A stretch of 64,000 nucleotides of DNA, from the NCBI GenBank assembly GCA_039811225.1, contig JBDHYG010000014.1, positions 660 to 64,659 on the forward strand. Reading direction: 5' to 3'. Every line of letters starts with the position of its first letter. Within the stretch, counting starts at the first letter, position 1. The position numbers were made by a program, and so were the translations under genes. Origin of the DNA: Parafilimonas sp. Lineage in GTDB: Bacteria > Bacteroidota > Bacteroidia > Chitinophagales > Chitinophagaceae. The notes beneath the pieces are model-generated. The model had not been told where the DNA came from, ran no database searches, and worked only from the letters and a program-made list of their open reading frames with translations. Positions 9,312 through 18,249 of this stretch are shown piece after piece.

Positions 9312-10348
9312 GATTGTGGGATAGATATTGTCGTGATAAAATCCGTCGCGTTTTTTTGTGTTGCTACCAAATCCTGCCTGCCAAAGAGAAGCGCCAATCT
9401 TTCACGTACAGCACGCAAGCCAAATCCGGTTCCATGCAGGGGTAAGGCCAGTTCCGGGTCATACGGATTTTGTACCTGAATGATCAGCAGGTTGTTTGAA
9501 AACTGCGCATTCAATGAAATACAAACCGGGCCGGTAGAATCATACAGGCCAAATTTAATGGCATTTTCCATTACGGGTTGTAAGAGCATATTAGGTATTT
9601 TCATTTCCCATAATGTTTCCGCTTCTATATGAATGGCTGTTTCCAATCGATGGCCAAAACGTACTTTTTCAATTTCAAGATACAAATGCAGGTATTCCAA
9701 TTCCTCTTTCAATGTAATCATTTGTGTATCATCTTTTCGCAGGCTTCCCCGTAGAAAATCAGAAAGCTGATGGATCATTTTGCGTGCTTTCTCGGGGTTG
9801 GCAATCGTGAGGGCACTGATTGAATTTAAAGCATTAAATAAAAAATGGGGTTGCAACTGATTGCGCAGGGATTTCAATTCAGCCTGTCGTAAATGTTTTT
9901 CTGTTTCCTGTTTCCGGTTGTCCAGCAGGGTGCGTTCCCGTTCTGAATGCCAGGTTAAACTGATCATGGCAGCACTGCTTGTCAACAAAAAGGCGATACT
10001 TATACGCAATCCGGTTGATAATTGCAGCATCGATACATATGCCGCATCGTTTTTATATATCAACCACAAAATAAAGCGGAGACTCAAAAACCAAAGTACA
10101 ACTAATGTAGCGCTGAGTACAATTACATAAATATATTTTTCTTTTCGGGGTAAATAAAACCGCATATTATTAAATATGAGTAAACAACAGGCAGCGAGTA
10201 AAAAATTACTGACTATGCTGTCCACCATAGCCTGTGTAAGAGGTACACCAAAACCAACTAATACCATGGTATGGACAACAGCCCAATTCACCCACCAGGC
10301 CAGGATGATGAGTGCATACCGTTTGCTATTTTGTGTCGAAATTGACAA
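9308..10348 (-). CDS. Sensor histidine kinase, LytS/His_kinase (PF06580) type, intramembrane-sensing
   Basis: About four N-terminal TM helices with no large external loop. QLQPHFLFNALNSI His box. HATPase N box (LLQPVMENAIKFG) and G box (GTGFGLRAVRERL). Confidence 0.9.
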   Translation of the reverse strand: MSISTQNSKRYALIILAWWVNWAVVHTMVLVGFGVPLTQAMVDSIVSNFLLAACCLLIFNNMRFYLPRKEKYIYVIVLSATLVVLWFLSLRFILWLIYKNDAAYVSMLQLSTGLRISIAFLLTSSAAMISLTWHSERERTLLDNRKQETEKHLRQAELKSLRNQLQPHFLFNALNSISALTIANPEKARKMIHQLSDFLRGSLRKDDTQMITLKEELEYLHLYLEIEKVRFGHRLETAIHIEAETLWEMKIPNMLLQPVMENAIKFGLYDSTGPVCISLNAQFSNNLLIIQVQNPYDPELALPLHGTGFGLRAVRERLALLFGRQDLVATQKNATDFITTISIPQS

Positions 10349-10352
10349 TGGT

Positions 10353-10712
10353 TTAAATTAAATATTCAGTTTTATTCAAACTATCTTCCAACAAGCCGGC
10401 TGCCTGTGTACGTATCCATTTGAGATAATTGGCAGGTTGTTCTGTTTCAAAAATCCGGGAAAATACTTCTGTCCCTTCCTGGCATTCATCTATCTGATAT
10501 AAATCGGTAACATCTACAAATTGCCAGCATACCGGCTTTTGTAGTTCATTTAAAAATTGATCTTCTTCCCGGTGCCCCAGTTTACGGGCCTTTTGAAAAG
10601 CGTCAAAGCGGTCTTCTGCAAAAATGATTCTTAACTGTTCATCAAACTGTGGTGTGTGGTCACCATCAGCACAACGAATACGAAATACGATTTTAGCAAG
10701 ATAGGATGACAT
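10353..10712 (-). CDS. DUF4288-like small cytoplasmic protein (function unknown)
   Basis: YLAKIVFRIRCADGDHTPQFDEQLRIIFAE...WQFVDVTDLYQI matches my memory of DUF4288 proteins. The ATG at 10712 is chosen because the longer ORF (to 10784) would overlap the upstream gene. Confidence 0.6.
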   Translation of the reverse strand: MSSYLAKIVFRIRCADGDHTPQFDEQLRIIFAEDRFDAFQKARKLGHREEDQFLNELQKPVCWQFVDVTDLYQIDECQEGTEVFSRIFETEQPANYLKWIRTQAAGLLEDSLNKTEYLI

Positions 10713-10755
10713 GGTATTACATTGAACGGTTAGAGAAATTTCAGTGATTCTTTTT

Positions 10756-11499
10756 TTAGTTTGTTGTGATTTCAATACCACCAAACAAGGAAGTACCTCT
10801 CAGGATTAGCACTTTATTGGTATCAATAATTGCAGAAGCGATATTTCTTTTATCTTCAAAACCCCCTAACACTGCATTCACTTCACTCTTGATTTCCCAG
10901 TTTGCCGGCACCATTAATTTTGTACCACCAAATACCTGTGTGATTTCGAGAATGGCTGGTTGTTGTATATCGGCTAAAGTCAGGTCCAATTCAGTGCCTC
11001 CCATAAAACAGATAATATTTCCTCCTTTAAAATTTTTTGACAGAATTTTTTTCTTGATACCTCCCAGGAAAGCACTCATATCCATATAGTTGTTCTCGTC
11101 ATCGGGAGAATTGGTTGCCGGGCTCGTTGTGCCGGGCGTGGGTGGCATATCCTGCCGGGGAAAATGCCTGTGCCGGCTGCACCTGTTCTTACGAAGGATT
11201 ATAAAAATACCAAAACAGATAAGCGCTATGGGCCATAGGTATTGATGAAATTGGCTATGCAGATTATTGTCCAATAAAAATACGGCACCCAAAAAAATCA
11301 AAATAATCCATCCGTTACTTTTGAAACCATTATTCAAGCCGGATAATAATCCGATACCAACCAGGATCATGGGCCAATCGAAAAACCAGGTTGGAAAAGG
11401 GAATCCCATTCTTTTTGCAAATAATAATATACCAATAGCAATGATGAATATGCCGACCCAAATTCGTTTATTGGATCTCGGATTAGTAGGCTGTGTCAT
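10756..11499 (-). CDS. LiaF/YvqF-like membrane protein (LiaI-LiaF-like TM region + DUF2154-like C-terminal domain)
   Basis: Four TM helices (WVGIFIIAIGILLF, WPMILVGIGLL, WIILIFLGAVFLL, LWPIALICFGIFII), then a Pro/Thr-rich linker. Beta-rich C-terminus (GGTELDLT...VFGGTKLMVPANWEI...VLGGFEDKR). The start is taken at MTQPTNP (11499); the ORF extends to 11538. Confidence 0.65.
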   Translation of the reverse strand: MTQPTNPRSNKRIWVGIFIIAIGILLFAKRMGFPFPTWFFDWPMILVGIGLLSGLNNGFKSNGWIILIFLGAVFLLDNNLHSQFHQYLWPIALICFGIFIILRKNRCSRHRHFPRQDMPPTPGTTSPATNSPDDENNYMDMSAFLGGIKKKILSKNFKGGNIICFMGGTELDLTLADIQQPAILEITQVFGGTKLMVPANWEIKSEVNAVLGGFEDKRNIASAIIDTNKVLILRGTSLFGGIEITTN

Positions 11500-11609
11500 A
11501 ATTTTTGATTTATGATGTAAAAGTAATATGCACCCCAAAGTAGTACAAATGCTATTAGGTTACTCTACGGAAAACAGAGGTAAACGGCAGGAAAAAGTCG
11601 GTAAAAGAA

Positions 11610-12422
11610 TTACACACTCACCTGGAATTCCCGCAAGGCATCATTCAGGCTGGTTTTCACATCCGTACTTTCTTTGCGTTTACCGATGATGAGAGCACAA
11701 TTTACCTGGTAGGGGCCGGCAGGGAACTCTTTGGTATAACTACCGGGAATTACAACACTCCGGGCGGGAACACGGCCTTTATACGTGATCGGTTTTTCAC
11801 CGCTTACGTCAATTATTTTAGTGGATTGTGTTAATACAACATTAGCTCCCAATACAGCTTCTTTTTCTACAATAACTCCTTCGACAATTATGCAACGGCT
11901 CCCGATAAAGCAATTATCTTCTACAATCACCGGTGTGGCTTGCAAGGGTTCCAGCACACCACCAATACCCACGCCACCACTTAAATGCACATGCTTCCCG
12001 ATCTGTGCACAACTTCCTACGGTAGCCCATGTGTCTACCATGGTTCCTTCATCTACATAAGCGCCTATATTTACATAGCTGGGCATCAATATCACCTGGG
12101 GCGCCAGGTAAGCGCCATACCGCGCAACAGCATGTGGTACCGCACGCACTCCTAATGACTGATAATCTTTTTTCAAGGCCATTTTATCATAAAACTCAAA
12201 TGGCGGAAGACTAAATGTTTCCATTTTTTGAATAGCGAAATACAAGAGGATAGCCTGCTTTACCCATTCCACAGGTTGCCAGGTGCCCGCTTTCTTTTCC
12301 GCGGCACGCAGGCGGCCTTTGTCTACTTCTTCCAAAACAGCCCGGATGGCATGGCTATATTTCTCGTCTATCAGTAAGGTACGGTCATTCCACACCTGTT
12401 CAATCAGTTCCTGTAATTCCAT
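11610..12422 (-). CDS. dapD: 2,3,4,5-tetrahydropyridine-2,6-dicarboxylate N-succinyltransferase
   Basis: 270 aa. Left-handed beta-helix hexapeptide repeats (GAYVDEGTMVDTWATVGSCAQIGKHVHLSGGVGIGGVLEP...VIVEDNCFIGSRCIIVEGV) with a DapD-type N-terminal helical domain. Confidence 0.9.
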   Translation of the reverse strand: MELQELIEQVWNDRTLLIDEKYSHAIRAVLEEVDKGRLRAAEKKAGTWQPVEWVKQAILLYFAIQKMETFSLPPFEFYDKMALKKDYQSLGVRAVPHAVARYGAYLAPQVILMPSYVNIGAYVDEGTMVDTWATVGSCAQIGKHVHLSGGVGIGGVLEPLQATPVIVEDNCFIGSRCIIVEGVIVEKEAVLGANVVLTQSTKIIDVSGEKPITYKGRVPARSVVIPGSYTKEFPAGPYQVNCALIIGKRKESTDVKTSLNDALREFQVSV

Positions 12423-12523
12423 TTCTTTTTTTTACAAACATAAAAAATCAAAAAGTGTATATGCGTAGTTTTTTCTTATTAATGGAAAGATAAATGCATT
12501 TTTGCAGGGAAAGATTTCATAGC

Positions 12524-13678
12524 ATGCAGATAGCTTTTGATGCCAAGCGGGCTTTTACGAATGGTACGGGATTGGGCCATTACAGCCGCACACTGATGCG
12601 GTCACTGGCAACATTTCATCCGGAGCATGGCTATTTTGCCTGCACCCCGGAAATTACCAATCGTTTTGATATTGCCGGCTTACCCAATATGCAGATTCTT
12701 TCGCCTCGGTCTTTTCCGGCCACTACCTTTCGGGCGCTCTGGCGGAGTAGCTGGGTAAAAAAAGAATTGACAAAAAACGGAATTGATTTATATCATGGCC
12801 TGAGCCATGAAATCCCTACCGGAATGCAACGCTTGCCATTGAAAACAGTGGTGACTATGCATGATTTGATTTTTGAACGTTACCCGGCACAATATCCCTT
12901 CATTGACCGGATGATTTATCGCCGGAAATTTCAATATGCCTGCCGCTATGCAGATACCATCATTGCTATCAGCCGGCAAACAAAAAATGATTTAGTGGAA
13001 ATGTATAAAGTGCCGGAAGAAAAAATAGTTGTATGTTACCAAAGTTGCCATGAACATTTTTTTCATCCGGTAGCGGAAGCAGAAAAACAACGGGTTAAAA
13101 AACTGTATGGTTTACCGGATCGTTTTTTTCTCTATACCGGTTCGATTATTGAACGAAAAAATTTACTCACGATATGCCGGGCTATGGCTTTGCTTGATCC
13201 AAATGAAGTAATACCTTTAGTGGTGATCGGTGACGGAGGCTCTTACAAAAGGAAAGTCAGCCAATACATAGCAGAAAAACAACTTAGCCATAAAGTGATT
13301 TTTTTAAGTGATCAAAAAACTTCACGGGAACTCCCGGGATATCGGTTGGCAACGGATTTCCCGGCAATTTACCAGCAGGCATTGTGTATGATTTATCCTT
13401 CTATGTTCGAGGGTTTTGGCATACCGGTACTGGAAGCGCTTTGCAGCAGGATACCAGTGATTACTTCCAACATATCGAGTATGCCGGAAGCCGGTGGGGA
13501 AGGAGCTTTGTACATTTCGCCGGAAGATGAAAAGCAATTGGCCACCTATATGCACGAGATGATGCACAATGAAAGTTTACGACAGGAATTAATTGTAAAA
13601 GGCTGGGCACAGGCACAACAATTTACAGTAGAGAAATGTGCGCATGCCGTGATGCAGGTGTATCGAACAGTAAAATAA
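12524..13678 (+). CDS. Glycosyltransferase family 4 (GT-B fold)
   Basis: GT4 motifs: MQIAFDAKRAF...GLGHY and the C-terminal YPSMFEGFGIPVLEAL (EX7E). The ATG at 12524 is preferred to the upstream ORF start. Confidence 0.85.
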   Translation: MQIAFDAKRAFTNGTGLGHYSRTLMRSLATFHPEHGYFACTPEITNRFDIAGLPNMQILSPRSFPATTFRALWRSSWVKKELTKNGIDLYHGLSHEIPTGMQRLPLKTVVTMHDLIFERYPAQYPFIDRMIYRRKFQYACRYADTIIAISRQTKNDLVEMYKVPEEKIVVCYQSCHEHFFHPVAEAEKQRVKKLYGLPDRFFLYTGSIIERKNLLTICRAMALLDPNEVIPLVVIGDGGSYKRKVSQYIAEKQLSHKVIFLSDQKTSRELPGYRLATDFPAIYQQALCMIYPSMFEGFGIPVLEALCSRIPVITSNISSMPEAGGEGALYISPEDEKQLATYMHEMMHNESLRQELIVKGWAQAQQFTVEKCAHAVMQVYRTVK

Positions 13679-13683
13679 TTGAT

Positions 13684-14250
13684 ATGGATTTCCAAGAAGA
13701 TATCCGGGAATGCCTGACGGTTTTAAAAAATGGGGGCGTTATTTTATATCCTACTGATACGATTTGGGGCCTGGGTTGTGATGCCACTAATCCGGGGGCG
13801 GTTGAAAAAATCATCCGACTGAAAAACAGGCCGGCAGAAAAAAGTTTTGTGGTACTGGTGGCTGATGAGCGGGATGTGTTGAAATATACTGCAGCACCGG
13901 ATTTGGCTGTTTTTGATTTTATAGGGAACCAGGAAAAGCCGGTAACCGTTATATATGCACATGCGATTGGAATTGCTGAAAATGCCGTGGCGGATGATGG
14001 TTCAGTTGCGATACGTATTGTGCAGGATGCATTTTGCCGGGCATTGATCCGGCGATTCCGGAAACCCATTATCAGTACTTCCGTAAATTTATCAGGAGAA
14101 AAAGCGGCCCGCATTTTCCCGGAAATCAACCCGGCTATATTGCAGGCGGTTGATTATGCGGTACGTTATCGGCGTACTGATACAGCCGCACATGCAGCAT
14201 CCATGTTGATCCGTTGGGAAAATGGCATACCGGATATTATACGCAGGTAG
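13684..14250 (+). CDS. tsaC: L-threonylcarbamoyladenylate synthase (TsaC/YrdC/Sua5 family)
   Basis: GGVILYPTDTIWGLGCDA, IIRLKNRPAEKSFVVLV and ISTSVNLSGE motifs. The ATG at 13684 avoids overlap with the upstream gene. Confidence 0.88.
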   Translation: MDFQEDIRECLTVLKNGGVILYPTDTIWGLGCDATNPGAVEKIIRLKNRPAEKSFVVLVADERDVLKYTAAPDLAVFDFIGNQEKPVTVIYAHAIGIAENAVADDGSVAIRIVQDAFCRALIRRFRKPIISTSVNLSGEKAARIFPEINPAILQAVDYAVRYRRTDTAAHAASMLIRWENGIPDIIRR

Positions 14251-14291
14251 AACAAAAAAAGGGATCATTTTTACAGTGCATTATACTTTCC

Positions 14292-14299
14292 TATATTTG
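14292..14299 (+). promoter_or_regulatory. Candidate Bacteroidota sigma-A -7 box (TATATTTG) upstream of pdhA
   Basis: Exact match to TAnnTTTG, 23 nt before the GTG start at 14323. I found no convincing -33 TTTG at canonical spacing. Confidence 0.3.
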
Positions 14300-14322
14300 C
14301 CATAATTCAAAATTTTGATACA

Positions 14323-15318
14323 GTGCCTACAAAATTCACAAAAGAGACCTATCTATATTGGTATAGCCTCATGCAATTGATTCGCCAGTTTGAATTGAAA
14401 GCAGAAGAGATGTATAAAATGGAAGGAAAGATCCGTGGATTTTTCCATGCTTATATTGGCCAGGAAGCTATTGCTGCCGGTTGTATGACAGCCACCCGCC
14501 CGGAAGATCCTTTTGTTACCGCTTATCGGGATCATGGCCTGGCCATGGCCAAAGGAGTTTCAGCCGATGCCTCGATGGCAGAATTATATGGAAAAGCCAC
14601 CGGCTGTGCCAAAGGAAAGGGAGGAAGTATGCACTTTTTTAGTAAAGAGCATTTCTTCTTTGGCGGTCATGGTATTGTTGGGGCACAAATCGGCACCGGC
14701 GCCGGCCTGGCTTTTGCAGAAAAATATAAAAACACCGATAATGTGGTTTTGTGCTTTTTTGGGGATGGGGCAGCCAGGCAGGGTATGTTGCACGAAGTAT
14801 TTAACCTGGCCATGCTTTGGAAATTACCGGTAGTATTTATTTGTGAAAATAATAATTATGCAATGGGTACTTCCATAGAAAGGACCTCTAATGTAATTGA
14901 TATTTATACCCTCGCCGATGCTTATGATATGCCGGCCGATAATGCGGATGGAATGAGTGCGGAAGCAGTACATGAAGCCATTTCCCGTGCTGTTAAGCGC
15001 GCACGCGAAGGAGATGGACCTACCTTGCTGGAAATGAAAACATACCGCTATAAAGGCCATTCCATATCTGATCCCCAGAAATACAGGACGAAGGAAGAAG
15101 TAGAAGAGTATAAGGATAAAGATCCGATCAGCCAGGTACTGAAGACCATTTATGACAATAAATTTGCCACGAAAGAAGAAATTGAAGCTATTGATAAGAG
15201 TGTACAGGAAAAAGTAGAAGCCAGTGTAAAATTTGCGGAAGAAAGCCCCTTACCGGATTTGGATGAGCTGTTGAAGGATGTCTATATAGATCCACATTAT
15301 CCTTTTATTACAGATTAA
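14323..15318 (+). CDS. pdhA: Pyruvate dehydrogenase (acetyl-transferring) E1 component, alpha subunit
   Basis: ThDP motif FFGDGAARQG...ICENNNYAMGT. The N-terminus FTKETYLYWYSLMQLIRQFE is typical of PdhA. GTG start. Confidence 0.9.
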   Translation: MPTKFTKETYLYWYSLMQLIRQFELKAEEMYKMEGKIRGFFHAYIGQEAIAAGCMTATRPEDPFVTAYRDHGLAMAKGVSADASMAELYGKATGCAKGKGGSMHFFSKEHFFFGGHGIVGAQIGTGAGLAFAEKYKNTDNVVLCFFGDGAARQGMLHEVFNLAMLWKLPVVFICENNNYAMGTSIERTSNVIDIYTLADAYDMPADNADGMSAEAVHEAISRAVKRAREGDGPTLLEMKTYRYKGHSISDPQKYRTKEEVEEYKDKDPISQVLKTIYDNKFATKEEIEAIDKSVQEKVEASVKFAEESPLPDLDELLKDVYIDPHYPFITD

Positions 15319-15423
15319 CCCTTGAATCCCGGTTCGTTAAATTCTCAAAATAAATTGGGCTATTTGCCTGATAAGCCGCACCTTTGCCGACAAATTTTTA
15401 AAAGTTAAATTCTTTATTTTCTT

Positions 15424-16122
15424 ATGGCGCAGCATACGACGCATAAAACGAAAAAGACCACGGATGATCCCTTATTAAAATTAGAAGGGGCCTGGCTGAA
15501 ATACCAGAAACCTTTGATTATTGGTGTGATCATTATCGTGGCGCTCGTGGGTGGTTGGTATTTTTATCAAACCCAGGTGGTTGCTCCGAAAGAACAACAG
15601 GCCGCCAATGCTATTTATAAAGCACAGGAAAACTTTGCCATGGATTCCATCAATACAGCTTTAAATGGCAATAGTACCGATAAAGGATTCCTGTATGTGA
15701 TTAACAATTATGGAAGTACCGCGTCCGGTAAATTAGCCAAATATTATGCGGGTGTGTGTTATTTAAAATTAGGCAATTACCTCAAAGCCGTGGAATATTT
15801 GAAAGATTTTCATACCGATGCCGGCCAGGTTCAGATGATGGCCTATGGTTGCCTGGGTGATGCTTATGGTGAATTAGGAAAAAATGATGATGCCGTTGCC
15901 AGTTATAAAAAAGCCGCTACAACTTTTGTATCCGATGAATTGAATTCTTCCGAATACCTTTTCCGTGCTGCTTTAAAGCTCGAAACAATGGGTAAAACAA
16001 AAGAGGCGCTGGAAACGTATAAAGAAATTAAGGATAAATTTCCTAAAACAAACCGGGCATTTGAAGCGGATAAATACATTTATCGCTTGAGCATAGAACC
16101 CAATGATTTAAGTGTAAAATAA
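15424..16122 (+). CDS. Tetratricopeptide-repeat membrane-anchored protein (YfgM-like)
   Basis: One N-terminal TM helix (LIIGVIIIVALVGGWYFY) followed by TPR-like helices (AKYYAGVCYLKLGNYLKAVEYL, GDAYGELGKNDDAVASYKKA). Confidence 0.7.
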   Translation: MAQHTTHKTKKTTDDPLLKLEGAWLKYQKPLIIGVIIIVALVGGWYFYQTQVVAPKEQQAANAIYKAQENFAMDSINTALNGNSTDKGFLYVINNYGSTASGKLAKYYAGVCYLKLGNYLKAVEYLKDFHTDAGQVQMMAYGCLGDAYGELGKNDDAVASYKKAATTFVSDELNSSEYLFRAALKLETMGKTKEALETYKEIKDKFPKTNRAFEADKYIYRLSIEPNDLSVK

Positions 16123-16625
16123 TGGCAACGGGTGGCAATACGATATTGCATGAAGGCATTCCTACAATCGGGGATGCCTTTGTGGTTATAGTGAAAACAG
16201 AATGGAATAATACTATTAATGCACGCCTGGTTGCTTCTGCAATTAATGTACTGGAGCAGTATCAGATTCGCTATACAATCATCACCGTACCCGGTGCCAT
16301 CGAAATTCCTTTTGCAATAAAAACGTATGCAGCTTTGCAAGCAATCAAACCTGATGCATTTATTGCTTTCGGTACGGTCATTCGGGGTGGTACGCCACAT
16401 TTTGAATATGTATGCCAATCGGTTACCCAGGGAATTACCACCCTTAATGTAACGTTGGAAATGCCGGTGATTTTCGGTATCTTGACGCTCGATAATGTAG
16501 CCCAGGCTATGGAAAGAACAGGAGGGCAGGAAGGGGATAAAGGAGCCGAAGCTGCCATTACCGCGATAAAGATGATCCACTTAAAAAGACAATTGACGCA
16601 CACTTCATTTTCTACAGATAAATGA
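16122..16625 (+). CDS. ribH: 6,7-dimethyl-8-ribityllumazine synthase
   Basis: VPGAIEIPFAIK and GTVIRGGTPHFEYVCQSVTQGI are lumazine-synthase hallmarks. The start overlaps the upstream stop by 1 nt (TAATG). Confidence 0.92.
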   Translation: MATGGNTILHEGIPTIGDAFVVIVKTEWNNTINARLVASAINVLEQYQIRYTIITVPGAIEIPFAIKTYAALQAIKPDAFIAFGTVIRGGTPHFEYVCQSVTQGITTLNVTLEMPVIFGILTLDNVAQAMERTGGQEGDKGAEAAITAIKMIHLKRQLTHTSFSTDK

Positions 16626-17341
16626 CTATACAGCTTTTCATTCCATGTTTTATAGACCAGCTCTATCCATCTGTTGGATTTAACATGAGCAAGGTACTTG
16701 AAAAAGCCGGTTGTACAGTTACTTACAATCCCAATCAAACCTGTTGCGGCCAGCCTGCTTTCAATGCAGGATTTTGGGATGATGCCAAAGTGGTCAGTAA
16801 AAAGTTTTTAAAAGATTTTAAAGAAGATATACCCATCGTAACGCCCAGTGCAAGTTGTACCGGATTTGTCCGTAATTATTTTCCCACCCTTTTTAAAGGT
16901 GCAGATGAAATGGATGAAGTGCGTGCAATCGGTACGCGTATTTTTGAATTCTCTGAATTCTTAATTGATCAGTTAAAGATGGATGACCTGGGCGCCACCT
17001 TACCAGGGAAAGCTACATATCATGACAGTTGTGCCGCACTCCGGGAATGTCATATTAAGAGTGGGCCCCGAAAATTATTGCAACAGGTAAAAGGCCTGGA
17101 ATTAGTAGAAATGGAGGATGTAGAAACCTGCTGTGGTTTTGGTGGCACGTTTGCTGTAAAATTTGAAGCGATCAGTATGGCTATGGGAGAACAAAAAGTT
17201 CAACATGCCATGGACACCGGGGCTGCTTACCTTATCAGTACCGATATGAGTTGCCTGATGCACCTGGATGGCTATATTCAAAAAAACAAATTGCCCTTGC
17301 AGGTTATGCACCTGGCAGATGTATTGGCCTCCGGTTGGTAA
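16622..17341 (+). CDS. Cysteine-rich CCG-domain (Fe-S)-binding protein, LutA/HdrB-like
   Basis: Two CCG motifs (NQTCCGQPAFNAG and ETCCGFGGTFAVK). The start overlaps the ribH stop (ATGA). Confidence 0.8.
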   Translation: MTIQLFIPCFIDQLYPSVGFNMSKVLEKAGCTVTYNPNQTCCGQPAFNAGFWDDAKVVSKKFLKDFKEDIPIVTPSASCTGFVRNYFPTLFKGADEMDEVRAIGTRIFEFSEFLIDQLKMDDLGATLPGKATYHDSCAALRECHIKSGPRKLLQQVKGLELVEMEDVETCCGFGGTFAVKFEAISMAMGEQKVQHAMDTGAAYLISTDMSCLMHLDGYIQKNKLPLQVMHLADVLASGW

Positions 17342-17344
17342 AAA

Positions 17345-18190
17345 TTATTTTTCTTTTCGGGTACTTTTTTTCAGGGCTTCTGTCAGCTTGATTGCTTCTA
17401 CTGCCTCTTTCACATCATGTACACGTAATATGTGAGCGCCTTGGAGTAAAGCAATGGTATGTAATACCGTTGTACCATTCAATGCTTCCATAGCAGTAAT
17501 CCCCAGGGTTTTATAAATCGTGGATTTGCGGGAAACGCCCACCAGGATAGCTTTTTCCAGGATTTGAAAAGCCGTCAACCGTTGCAGTATTTCAAAATTA
17601 TGGGCAATGGTCTTCCCAAATCCAAAACCCGGATCAATGATGATATCCTGTATGCCGGCCTCCCGGCATTGGTATATTTTTTCACTAAAGAAATCAAGCA
17701 GTTCCGTAATCACATCCTTGTATTGCGGATCTTGCTGCATGGTTTCCGGTGTGCCTTTCATGTGCATGCAAATAAATGGAACGCGGGCGCTGGCAACAAA
17801 AGGGAGCATATCTTTATCAAAATTCCCGGCACTGATATCATTCACCAGGCAGGCGCCGGCTTCTACGGCAGCAGCAGCAACAGTAGCATAATAGGTATCG
17901 ATAGAAAGCAGGATCTCCGGGAAAGTTTCATGAATCATCCGGATCAATGGGACCACCCGTTCGATCTCGGTTTTAGCAGAGAGTCGGGTACTGCCGGGTT
18001 TGGTACTTTGGCCACCCAAATCTATGATGGCTGCTCCTTCCTGTACCATTTGACCGGCTTTTGTCAATACAATTTGCGGATCAGTGAGGCGGCTACCGGC
18101 ATAAAAGGAATCTTCCGTTACATTGATCACACCCATCACTACGGGTTGTGTTAATACAAACAATTTTCCTTTACAATTAAAAGTAAACAT
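17345..18190 (-). CDS. folP: Dihydropteroate synthase
   Basis: VMGVINVTEDSFYAG, IIDLGGQSTKPG and DPGFGFGK motifs. The start is taken at MFTFNCKG (18190). The longer ORF to 18367 would run across the divergent DUF1599 gene start. Confidence 0.9.
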   Translation of the reverse strand: MFTFNCKGKLFVLTQPVVMGVINVTEDSFYAGSRLTDPQIVLTKAGQMVQEGAAIIDLGGQSTKPGSTRLSAKTEIERVVPLIRMIHETFPEILLSIDTYYATVAAAAVEAGACLVNDISAGNFDKDMLPFVASARVPFICMHMKGTPETMQQDPQYKDVITELLDFFSEKIYQCREAGIQDIIIDPGFGFGKTIAHNFEILQRLTAFQILEKAILVGVSRKSTIYKTLGITAMEALNGTTVLHTIALLQGAHILRVHDVKEAVEAIKLTEALKKSTRKEK

Positions 18191-18249
18191 TGTATGCTTT
18201 GTTTTATTTTTGATTGTAATGTTATAAAAATTTTTCGCAATCTTTAAAA

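Noticed and set aside
13623-14129. 168-aa ORF antisense to tsaC
   Set aside because: It lies entirely inside a well-supported gene on the opposite strand. Its composition is biased and Ser/Arg/Ala-rich, it has no recognisable motifs and no promoter-like box. It is a typical shadow ORF.
16080-16738. Two long antisense ORFs (166 aa and 155 aa) opposite ribH and the LutA-like gene
   Set aside because: Both overlap strongly supported plus-strand genes, and their translations show no domain-like patterns. They are most simply explained as frame shadows of the coding strand.
17564-18154. 196-aa ORF antisense to folP
   Set aside because: It lies inside folP, whose motifs are unambiguous, and there is no independent support for it.
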